From: a bacterium
GTDB taxonomy: Bacteria > SZUA-182 > DTGQ01 > JAFGSM01
Direction: 5' to 3'
Length of the DNA stretch: 64,000 bases
Assembly (NCBI GenBank): GCA_049472335.1
Contig: JBLIRO010000008.1
Span: 1 to 64,000 of the forward strand
This document shows, one piece after another, positions 53,015 through 61,931 of this stretch (position 1 is the first letter of the stretch; every line of letters starts with the position of its first letter). Position numbers and translations under genes: made by a program. The notes below the pieces were generated by a model. The model was not told the origin of the DNA and searched no databases. It saw only the letters and a program-made list of their open reading frames with translations.

Positions 53015-56000
53015 ATGAAATATCCATATAGTAAACAACAAGCATATTATTTTCTTAAAAGACTAGTCACCACAATTATTTTTATTTTCTTTTTCCTGAA
53101 CGGGACAACTTTTTATATTTTAGGGCAGGATGTTAATAATTCGGCATTTGCTTCGGTTACCCTCTTTATCAATGAGTTCATGGCCGGCAATAACAGTACG
53201 ATTGAGGACCCTCAAGAAACAGGGAGTTTTGAAGATTGGATTGAGATTTATAATCCGGGTAGTACAAATGTAAATATGGGTGGCATGTATCTCACGGATG
53301 ACCCCAACAAACCTGATCAATGGCAGATCCCTGCCGGAGTGAGTATCCCGGCAAAAGGCTATCTTTTTTTCTGGGCGGACAATGATGAGGATCAGGGCAT
53401 AACCCATACCAATTTCAAACTGAGCTTGGATGGTGAGATGATTATCCTTTTGGGTGCTGACGGAACAACGATTATTGATTCAATTGAGTTCGGGGCACAA
53501 ATCACCGATATTTCTTATGGCCGGTACCCGGACGGAGCCGCGGAGTGGGGTTTCATGACAGCAACTCCGGGTGCGGCAAACAATAATCACAATAAACCGC
53601 CTCAAATTACCGGCATTGACCGGACCCCAATAATACCCAATGAAGGAGAGTCTGTTTTTGTGACCTGCTCAGTTACCGATGAGGAAAATGTCGCTTATGT
53701 AAATCTCACCTACAATTCCGGCACGGGAGAGATAACGACCAGTATGTATGATGATGGGGCGCATAATGATGGCGGCGTTAAGGATAACCTCTATAGTGCT
53801 GTGATTCCGGCCTTTACTAAGAATACTGTTGTAAAATACTATGTGACTGCCACTGACAATAATGGAGTTTCATCTCACGATCCGGTGAATGTTTCAAAAG
53901 AATTATACGTATATGTAGTGGGCTATATACCGCCTATGCTTTTTATCAACGAGTTTATGGCAGAAAACACCAGCGCGGTCGAGAATCCTGATCAGACAGG
54001 GAGCTTTGAGGATTGGATTGAGATTTATAATGCCGGTGATCTGGCAGTAAATATGAGTGGAATGTATCTCACTGACGACCTGAGCAATCCGACCCTATGG
54101 AAAATCCCTGGTGGGGTAAATATTCCATCCAAAGGCTGTCTGGTCTTCTGGGCTGACAACAACAAAGATCAAGGAATAATGCATGCCAACTTTAAACTCA
54201 ACAAGGACGGAGAAGAAATAGGATTATTCGCTACAACTGCCAATGGGAATATGACTATTGACAAGGTGAGCTTTGGGGAGCAAATCAGTGATATTTCTTA
54301 CAGTAGAATCTACGATTATGGAGCACCATGGGTGTTTACCAAGAACCCAAGTCCCGGTGAGTCCGGCTCTTTCCCTGATGGAACATATACATGTAATTTT
54401 TCATATGTCATTGATAGTTATAAAGTTGTTCAAAAATCTGTGGCTGAAATAAATTCAGTTAATGGTTACAATGCATCCTTAGGAAAATATGAATCAAGTT
54501 ATGTCTTTTGGGATAAGCCGGGCGGTAATAATTTCTCCATAAGTCCCGGAATTGACTATATTATTTCAATATCCGGTTCTTCGAGCACCGGTTCAGACAG
54601 TTTCGACATGTCATTTATTTCAGAAATAAAGACATTGATGCTGGCAATGCCGGTTGCAGTGCCGGGTTCAGAAATTACCAATATTACACTGCAAGGCGAT
54701 TCAACAATCTTAAACGGTAGCGGGGCAACATTTAACGGTCAAAACATAATCATAACGTCTGCCGGAATATACAACATAAGCGGCACATTGAATGATGGAC
54801 AGATAATAGTAGATACTCAGGATGAGGAAACAGTAGAGCTGGTCCTGAACGGAGCAGATATTTCCTGTTCCTCAAGCGCTCCCGTTTATATTATAAGTGC
54901 GAAAGACACAATAATCACCCTGGCGGACGGTACTGAAAATTACATAACAGACGAGGATACTTATATCCTTGAGGATACGAATTCCGATGAACCTAATGCA
55001 GCGGTTTTCAGCAGGGATGACCTCACAATCGGCGGCAACGGTTCGCTGACTGTCCATGCGAATTACAACGATGGAATAACAAGCAAAGACGATCTTGAGA
55101 TTACAGGTGGCAGCATCACCGTAAACGCCGTTAACGATGGTATCAGGGGCAGGGACTCCTTTACTGTCAGGGGCGGAACTGTCACAGTGATCGCGGGTGG
55201 TGACGGGATGCAATCCAATAATGATGGGGATGGGGATGTGGAAGTGGGTAATATTTACATTGAAGGCGGCACCTTCTATATCGCTGCTGGTGCGGATGGC
55301 ATACAGGCCAATACACGGGTTCTTATCAGTGGAGGCGATATTTCAATATCCTCGGGTGGCGGAAGCAATTATACCACTGGTTCTTCCGACAGTGCCAAAG
55401 GAATTAAAGCCGGTGTTAATGTGACTATTGAGGGAGGTGATATTGATATAGATTCTTCGGATGATGCTATCCATTCAAATGAGACTCTAACGATTAACGG
55501 CGGATATATTACCTTGGCCTCCGGAGATGACGGCATATATTCGGGTTCAACTTTAGAGATTAGCGGGGGAGATATAAGTATTACGAAATGTTATGATGGT
55601 CTTTCTGCAGGGGAGGCAGATATCTCCTACGATGGTATCCTGACTATTTCCGGCGGGAGTATACAAATAACGGTTACCGAAAATAAATCAAAAGGAATCA
55701 AGTCCGCCAAAAACATGATACTTAGCGGTGGGGACATCAATATCAATACATCCGGTGGGGTGGTGCTCGAACAGTCAGGTTCTGGCTATAATCCGGTTTA
55801 TTGTTCAGGCATAAAATGCGACAGCAACGTAACCATCAGCGGGGCGAATATTTCTATTACCAGCACGGGAATTGCCGGTAAAGGTATTTCATCAGACCAG
55901 GATATATATATTACAGAGGGTAATATAAATTTAAATACTTCAGGCGCCGGATCAACGTATAGAAATTCGAGCGGGGCAACAGATTCCTATAATGCCACCT

Positions 56001-56962
56001 GTATTACTGCCGATGGCGATATAACAATTCTTGATGGTTCTGTTACCACTTTAAGCTCCGGTTCTGCGGGTAAAGGCATATCTGCGGGCGGCGAACTAAC
56101 CGTTGGCGATATAACCCATTCACCAACTTTAAATATAACAACCACGGGTGCCAAATTTTTGATATCAGGCAGTTGGATGAATGCCGAATATGCAACAGCA
56201 AAAGCTGTTAAAAGCGACGGCGCTATTACGATAAACAATGGCATGATCACAATGTCATCATCCGATGATAGTCTGAAATCAGATACATCGATTACCATCA
56301 ATAATGGTGATATCTCAATTGTCGAATCCCTGGAAGGAATCGAAAGCCCATATATTACTGTAAATAACGGAAATGTTGGTATTGTAGCTTCTGATGATGG
56401 TTTTAATTCCACAAAAGGGATTGACATGGAAGGAAATGATGGAAGCTGCCTGTATCTTAATGGTGGAAATATTTATGTGAATGTATCCAAAGGCGATGGT
56501 ATTGACGGTAACGGAAATATTGTAATAACCGGAGGTACAATAATTGTTCATGGCCCTAAATCACAGCCTGAAGTGGGGATGGATTATAACGGCACGTGTA
56601 ATATTTCCGGAGGCCTATTGGTTATATCAGGGACAAACTCTAATATGACACAGGCCACCAGTTCAAGTTCCCAGCAATATTGCATAAAAGCTACAACAAC
56701 TTCGGGTGTTGCGGCAAACACACTCTTCCATATTCAGGATGCAAATGGAAATGATATTGTAACATTCAAACCTGTACGTAATTATTATTCAATAATTTTT
56801 TCATCGCCTGGATTAAAAAGCGGTTCTACTTATTATATTTATACTGGTGGTTCATCAACCGGCACGGAAACAAATGGGTTGTATAGCGGTGGAACCTACT
56901 CTGGCGGCACTCAAAGAAAAAGCTTTATAGTTTATAATAAGGTTACCAGCGTGTCATTTTAA
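53015..56962 (+). CDS. Secreted protein: two lamin-tail domains, choice-of-anchor-X-like segment, Cthe_2159/DUF4353-like beta-helix
   Basis: LFINEFMA...EDWIEIYN...GMYLTDD twice; MYDDGAHNDG; ITSAGIYNISGTLNDGQIIVD, DDAIHSN, DGIDGNG. Confidence 0.88.
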   Translation: MKYPYSKQQAYYFLKRLVTTIIFIFFFLNGTTFYILGQDVNNSAFASVTLFINEFMAGNNSTIEDPQETGSFEDWIEIYNPGSTNVNMGGMYLTDDPNKPDQWQIPAGVSIPAKGYLFFWADNDEDQGITHTNFKLSLDGEMIILLGADGTTIIDSIEFGAQITDISYGRYPDGAAEWGFMTATPGAANNNHNKPPQITGIDRTPIIPNEGESVFVTCSVTDEENVAYVNLTYNSGTGEITTSMYDDGAHNDGGVKDNLYSAVIPAFTKNTVVKYYVTATDNNGVSSHDPVNVSKELYVYVVGYIPPMLFINEFMAENTSAVENPDQTGSFEDWIEIYNAGDLAVNMSGMYLTDDLSNPTLWKIPGGVNIPSKGCLVFWADNNKDQGIMHANFKLNKDGEEIGLFATTANGNMTIDKVSFGEQISDISYSRIYDYGAPWVFTKNPSPGESGSFPDGTYTCNFSYVIDSYKVVQKSVAEINSVNGYNASLGKYESSYVFWDKPGGNNFSISPGIDYIISISGSSSTGSDSFDMSFISEIKTLMLAMPVAVPGSEITNITLQGDSTILNGSGATFNGQNIIITSAGIYNISGTLNDGQIIVDTQDEETVELVLNGADISCSSSAPVYIISAKDTIITLADGTENYITDEDTYILEDTNSDEPNAAVFSRDDLTIGGNGSLTVHANYNDGITSKDDLEITGGSITVNAVNDGIRGRDSFTVRGGTVTVIAGGDGMQSNNDGDGDVEVGNIYIEGGTFYIAAGADGIQANTRVLISGGDISISSGGGSNYTTGSSDSAKGIKAGVNVTIEGGDIDIDSSDDAIHSNETLTINGGYITLASGDDGIYSGSTLEISGGDISITKCYDGLSAGEADISYDGILTISGGSIQITVTENKSKGIKSAKNMILSGGDININTSGGVVLEQSGSGYNPVYCSGIKCDSNVTISGANISITSTGIAGKGISSDQDIYITEGNINLNTSGAGSTYRNSSGATDSYNATCITADGDITILDGSVTTLSSGSAGKGISAGGELTVGDITHSPTLNITTTGAKFLISGSWMNAEYATAKAVKSDGAITINNGMITMSSSDDSLKSDTSITINNGDISIVESLEGIESPYITVNNGNVGIVASDDGFNSTKGIDMEGNDGSCLYLNGGNIYVNVSKGDGIDGNGNIVITGGTIIVHGPKSQPEVGMDYNGTCNISGGLLVISGTNSNMTQATSSSSQQYCIKATTTSGVAANTLFHIQDANGNDIVTFKPVRNYYSIIFSSPGLKSGSTYYIYTGGSSTGTETNGLYSGGTYSGGTQRKSFIVYNKVTSVSF

Positions 56963-57040
56963 ATTATAAGTGAATATTTAAAAAGAATTGAATACCTTAA
57001 AATAAATTTGTCTGCATATAATGTAATTAAACTAATAAAC

Positions 57041-57102
57041 TAACACCGTCCCCATATTTCCGTCCCCATATTTCCCCCCATATTCCCCACATTCCCATAT
57101 TC
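57041..57102. repeat. Decaying tandem repeat of CCGTCCCCATATTT
   Basis: TAACACCGTCCCCATATTT CCGTCCCCATATTT CCCCCCATATT CCCCACATT CCCATATT. Confidence 0.75.
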
Positions 57103-57285
57103 TATATTTTATTGTTGGAAAAAATGAAGCCCAAATATAGCAAAATCATACAGACTCTTATTGCAATCATATATGAGGTTTTAATGTATTTAGTTATTTT
57201 GGTCGATTTATAATATATCAAAATTAATTATAAATTATTGTCAACTACAATATTAGGGTTAGTTAAAACCTCAAGAGCCATTATA

Positions 57286-58098
57286 ATGAAGCTTAATGTA
57301 TTAGACAAAAAAATGAACCCAACTAATGAGAAAAAATTTGGATATGATATTCTTGCGAATGAGTATTATGATTCATCTCACAAGACTTGCAGAAACTTTG
57401 ATTACACTACCAAGGCTGCAATTGAGGACCTATCAATAAAAAAAATTGTCCCTCGTAGTGGCATGGTATTAGAAGTAGGATGTGGTCGAGGCCGTTGTAG
57501 CGAGTTTCTTGGTATTAGTGCTTCAAGAATTGTGCAACTGGACTCAAGTCGAAAAATGTTGGCACTCGAGGACCGTGAACAGAGTATCATGCGGATTCAT
57601 GCAGACGCAACAGCAGTTCCACTGTTTGATCAGCAATTCTCTGCTGTAATAGGCTTTCTTGTAGATTCCTTTATTGGTCTTAATTTTCTAAAAGAAGTTT
57701 ATCGCCTTCTCAAGCCTGGTGGTCTCCTTTTGGCCACAACACCAACACCTGAATGGGGTCATCCACTTCGGGTCGATCTTGAATTTGAGGTCTCATTTGC
57801 CCGTTTTATTACGAAAAAAGAAGAAACAGTAATAGTTGCTTCTACATTAAACTCAGACAAAAAGCTCAATAAAATGCTGCAACAATGCGGCTTTGAAGGA
57901 ATATCCGTTACTTCGCATTGCCTTCCGGAAAATGCCAAGACGATATCTCCAGATATTAAAAAGGTTGCAGATAAAAAGGGTATTTCTGTTTATAAGCTTC
58001 CAATAGTGCATTTAATAAGGGCATTCAAAATAAAATCGATTAAAATGGGTTATGATGATAAGAAATCTGCTTCAAAAATTAGGAATAAAAACTCATAG
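57286..58098 (+). CDS. Class I SAM-dependent methyltransferase (start uncertain)
   Basis: VLEVGCGRG, LDSSRKML, ADATAVP, EVYRLLKPGG. Confidence 0.85.
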   Translation: MKLNVLDKKMNPTNEKKFGYDILANEYYDSSHKTCRNFDYTTKAAIEDLSIKKIVPRSGMVLEVGCGRGRCSEFLGISASRIVQLDSSRKMLALEDREQSIMRIHADATAVPLFDQQFSAVIGFLVDSFIGLNFLKEVYRLLKPGGLLLATTPTPEWGHPLRVDLEFEVSFARFITKKEETVIVASTLNSDKKLNKMLQQCGFEGISVTSHCLPENAKTISPDIKKVADKKGISVYKLPIVHLIRAFKIKSIKMGYDDKKSASKIRNKNS

Positions 58099-58848
58099 AC
58101 AGTTTCGAATGGTCCTTCGTGGCATTGCTTCTGTGTGTATAGTATGTTCCGGATATGCAATTTAATATTTTATGCAAAAAAAACAGTTTGGGTGGTCCGC
58201 ACTACCTTTTATTTTAATTTTTTTCTGCACAATTCTTGAATTTCATTTAGAAGATTTTATAGTTAACCGTAGTTACCCATACGAAACTGAGAAGAAACTG
58301 GTCCTTTTGGAAGAAAAATTTGGTATTCGAGCGGTAGAATGTATTATAGATAAGCTTAAGCGTGCTATTAGGAGCTTTAATCCCTGTGATCAAGAACGTA
58401 TTAGTGGTACAGTTCATATTAAGGTAAAGCTTGAACCATTGCCTGAAAAGGAAATACGTGCCGGATTGCTTCAACTTACAAATTATGTAAACATTAGTGA
58501 AAATGGAATTCCTAGAGGCGATAAAGGAAGAATTACTACATTAGATCAGGGTATTATTGGACGCTGTGTCAGGACAGGTAAAATTGAGTATGTAAATTTT
58601 GCAGATGAAGCTGAATACATGACTCGGATGGTTACTGAGTTTGGATTTACTATACCTGAGGCCAAGAATCATGATATACTTGCAAGGTCATATATTGCAG
58701 TTCCTCTCATCTTTAAATCAGATGTTATTGGTGTTTTGTATTTTTTTCCACAGAACCACAAGTATTTCCGACAGCTGCAGATAATTCAGAACTAGAGGCG
58801 AAAGCCCAGGATTTTGTTGATGTACTTAAAATAGTGTCATTTGTATAA
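58052..58848 (+). pseudogene. Two-TM + GAF-like protein with nonsense codon and T7 frameshift
   Basis: ATG 58052 is in frame with ORF 58172 through TAA 58163-58165; QGIIGRCVRTG...RSYIAVPL...VIGVLYF; adding one T at 58741-58747 gives STEPQVF...VLKIVSFV*. Confidence 0.65.
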
Positions 58849-59069
58849 AATTTCATTTTGAAATAAAAAGAGTGAGGCATATAATAAAGGACATATGCAT
58901 TTAATCTTTCTTTAGTCTTGATGCAATCGCAAAAAGTCTGAATCGTTAAGAAAAATCGACTTTAAATTACAAATTTATTATACTATTAACAATATATTGG
59001 TGTTTTTGGGCATTAAAATTACTTTTTACGATTGCATCATTCTTAATCCAATTTAAATAAGTGAATTAA

Positions 59070-59903
59070 TCAACCCGTGAACTTCTTCCTATTGATTCCA
59101 ACTATACCAATAAAACCAAGACTAAGAAGTAAAATAGTAGCAGGCTCAGGCGTTGTCAAATCGGGATATTCAGCTAGGTCAGCAGATTCAACCATGAATA
59201 CAAAGTCGGTAAAATCAGGTTCTATATCACTCCATTCAGGATAACCATCATTTATGCCATTTCCATTTCCCCAATGCATAGAATGAAGGTCTTCAAAGGC
59301 AAAAATATGCTCATCGGTATCCCAAAGACCCGGGGCAGATTGTAATATTTGAACGGTATCAATACCTTTACCTTGATATGCGACCATATGATCCATACCA
59401 TCAGCATTTAAGGATGAATCACTATACCAGGCTCCGCCTGTCCATCCTGGATGACCTGCTGTTGAATCTAAATAATAACCAATTTTATTTCCAGTAAAAT
59501 CTATACCAGAATCCACAAAGTTAACTATAACGCTTCCATCGCTCAAAATGGACAACAATGCCTGATATTTGGTAGTAGCTGGTCCCCAAATTGGAATCCT
59601 TTTTGTTGGATCATCTGCATCATAAACTCCAAATGTATTGGTGCCTGCCCATATTGTCTCTTCTATTATCATAGAAATAACGGATCCAAGCGATGTATGG
59701 ATTGACCAGTAAGAATCCATATTATCAGTAAGTGCGTCTGTAAGGACATTTGTGCTGCTGATACCAGGATATGGGCCCAGGGTTATATTATCAAGTACTG
59801 TTTGGAGTCCGACACCACCATCACCAAAGAGGACAGCGGTTGCCTTTCCTCCTGTCATAATCAAGGCCATTATCATTGCCGTGCATATCAAAAATTTCTT
59901 CAT
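59070..59903 (-). CDS. PEP-CTERM protein with DUF4114-like domain
   Basis: Signal peptide; FAFEDL...DFTDFVFMVES; TPEPATILLLSLGFIGIVGINRKK. Confidence 0.9.
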   Translation of the reverse strand: MKKFLICTAMIMALIMTGGKATAVLFGDGGVGLQTVLDNITLGPYPGISSTNVLTDALTDNMDSYWSIHTSLGSVISMIIEETIWAGTNTFGVYDADDPTKRIPIWGPATTKYQALLSILSDGSVIVNFVDSGIDFTGNKIGYYLDSTAGHPGWTGGAWYSDSSLNADGMDHMVAYQGKGIDTVQILQSAPGLWDTDEHIFAFEDLHSMHWGNGNGINDGYPEWSDIEPDFTDFVFMVESADLAEYPDLTTPEPATILLLSLGFIGIVGINRKKFTG

Positions 59904-60188
59904 CCTTTTATCTCCTTTCCATCTTAATTTTATAGAGAATAATTTAAATCATCTTCAATTCGAGGGATTTTAATCAGCAAAAACAAAAAATTTTTAATAA
60001 TGGAACAAATCAAAAATTTTAGTCATAAATTAATCAAAAATGTTAATCACCGAATAACAAATAATGCTAATCAAAAATGAAACAAATGGTTTTAAGATTT
60101 TTTCTCTCCTTTTGACCTCCTTTCCAGAGTTGTTCTTTCTAGTGTTATTCAGTAGCACAACATCAGTTTTATATGTTGAAATAAGCAA

Positions 60189-60205
60189 AGCAATTATAAT
60201 GCCAG
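60189..60205 (-). promoter_or_regulatory. Sigma54 -24/-12 promoter upstream of the PEP-CTERM gene
   Basis: Minus strand CTGGCATTATAATTGCT = GG-N10-GC; nearly identical to the 6900-6916 site. Confidence 0.7.
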
Positions 60206-60495
60206 TTTTATTCCTTTGGTTAATTATCCAATATTAAAAATCTTAAGATTGTTAATAGGTTTTTTTAGCCACCTTTAAAATATATAAATAGTAGTCTTCT
60301 GATACATATTTGGTTTTTATGATATTCATAACTAGCCGAAAAATAAGAACAAATCAATTGCCACTCCTAAAAGGGCGGCTTGAAAAAGGTGAGAATAAAG
60401 AGTGCCGCTTGGATTTAAAAGGCTTATCTGACTTTCTTTTTAGGATAGATTTATTTTAAATTATAAGCGAGTATTCAAAAAATTGAATTGAAATT

Positions 60496-61929
60496 TTATT
60501 CAGTTTCTTCTATCCCGAAACGCTCCATTTTATTTCTTAGGGTGTTGCGATTAATTCCAAGAAGGGACGCGGCCTGGACCTTGTTCCCCTTGGTGAGGCG
60601 TATCGCCCTTTCGATTAACCCTTTTTCGAGTATGGACATTATGTCAAGCCCCGGGGTATCCTTGACCGCTTTAGTAATGCTTTCAAATAATTTATCCATT
60701 AAGGGCTCCAGTGCTTCTGCGAATTCTTCCTCAATTGCATGCTCCATGCCTTTCGCGCATAGGATCTGATCCGGCAGATTCTCGATATGGATCTCATTGC
60801 CCTTGCAGATGACAATGGCCCTCTTGACTACGTTTTCCAGCTCTCTGACATTTCCGGGCCAATGATAATTCATAAATAATTCCATGGCGTCATCTCTGAT
60901 CCCCAGGATATCCTTTTGCAGGTCCTTTTTGAAACGGGAGATGAAATAGCTTATCAGCATGGGGATATCTTCCCTTCTGTCCCTGAGCGCCGGGAGGTGA
61001 ATGGTTACCACGTTTAGCCTGTAGTAAAGGTCTTCCCTGAAGTAGCCTTCTTTGACGCCAGCCTCCAGATCCTTGTTTGTGGCGGCAATCAACCGGACAT
61101 CCAGCTTGATGGTTTCTGAGCTCCCAAGCCTCTGGATCTCCCCTTCCTGGATAAACCGGAGGATTTTGGCCTGGACATGAATGGGCATATCCCCGATCTC
61201 GTCAAGAAAGATTGTCCCGGTGTGCGCCTGCTCAAACCGTCCGATCCTCTTGTGATCCGCCCCTGTGAAAGCCCCTTTTTCATGTCCGAAAAGCTCGCTT
61301 TCCAGTAGATTCTCCGGAATGGCGGCACAGTTGATGGATAAGAAGGGGCGATTGCTTCGTATACTGTGATAAAAGATCGCCCTGGCGACAAGCTCCTTTC
61401 CCGTTCCACTTTCTCCTGTGATCAGTACATTGACCTCTTTTCCCGCAATCTGGCCGATGGCCTTGTAGACCTCTTGCATGTGAAAAGAATTTCCAACAAT
61501 GCTTTCCCCTTCCCATTGCTCTTTTTGGTCCGTCTCGTAAGAGACCGGGCTTCTGACAGATTTGGCCACCTGGATGGCCTTCCGGACAGTCTCCCACATC
61601 CTGGGAATATCAAAGGGCTTCAGAATATAGTCGAATGCCCCCAGTTTCATGGCCTTGATCGCCCGGTCTGTTGTGCCGTGCGCTGTTGCCATGATGACCT
61701 GCAACCCCGGATTTTCCTCCTTGATGGCCGCAAGAAGATCGAGGCCTGAAAGTCCTGGCATAACAATGTCGATAAGGGCCACATCGGGCATAGCCCCCTG
61801 TCTGAGAAGCTCCAGGGCCTCCCGGCCGTTTCTCGCCATGAGCGTCTGCATACCCTTTTCCTCAAACATCCGTTTCAGAGAATAACGCACTCCCCGGTCA
61901 TCGTCTACGATCAGTATTGTCTCCGGCAT
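60496..61929 (-). CDS. NtrC-family sigma54-dependent response regulator
   Basis: Receiver (LIVDDD, DIVMP, KPFD); GESGTGKE, GAFTGA, FLDEIG, WPGNVREL; C-terminal Fis-type HTH. Confidence 0.95.
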   Translation of the reverse strand: MPETILIVDDDRGVRYSLKRMFEEKGMQTLMARNGREALELLRQGAMPDVALIDIVMPGLSGLDLLAAIKEENPGLQVIMATAHGTTDRAIKAMKLGAFDYILKPFDIPRMWETVRKAIQVAKSVRSPVSYETDQKEQWEGESIVGNSFHMQEVYKAIGQIAGKEVNVLITGESGTGKELVARAIFYHSIRSNRPFLSINCAAIPENLLESELFGHEKGAFTGADHKRIGRFEQAHTGTIFLDEIGDMPIHVQAKILRFIQEGEIQRLGSSETIKLDVRLIAATNKDLEAGVKEGYFREDLYYRLNVVTIHLPALRDRREDIPMLISYFISRFKKDLQKDILGIRDDAMELFMNYHWPGNVRELENVVKRAIVICKGNEIHIENLPDQILCAKGMEHAIEEEFAEALEPLMDKLFESITKAVKDTPGLDIMSILEKGLIERAIRLTKGNKVQAASLLGINRNTLRNKMERFGIEETE

Positions 61930-61931
61930 TT

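Noticed and set aside
57041..57102. Possible CRISPR array
   Set aside because: Units of 14 nt or less that shrink, with no spacers and no cas genes.
17236..58165. Stop-codon recoding at in-frame stops (TAA 17236, TAG 19889, TAA 58163)
   Set aside because: Different codons are involved, the same genes carry other lesions, and all three stop codons end normal genes in this window.
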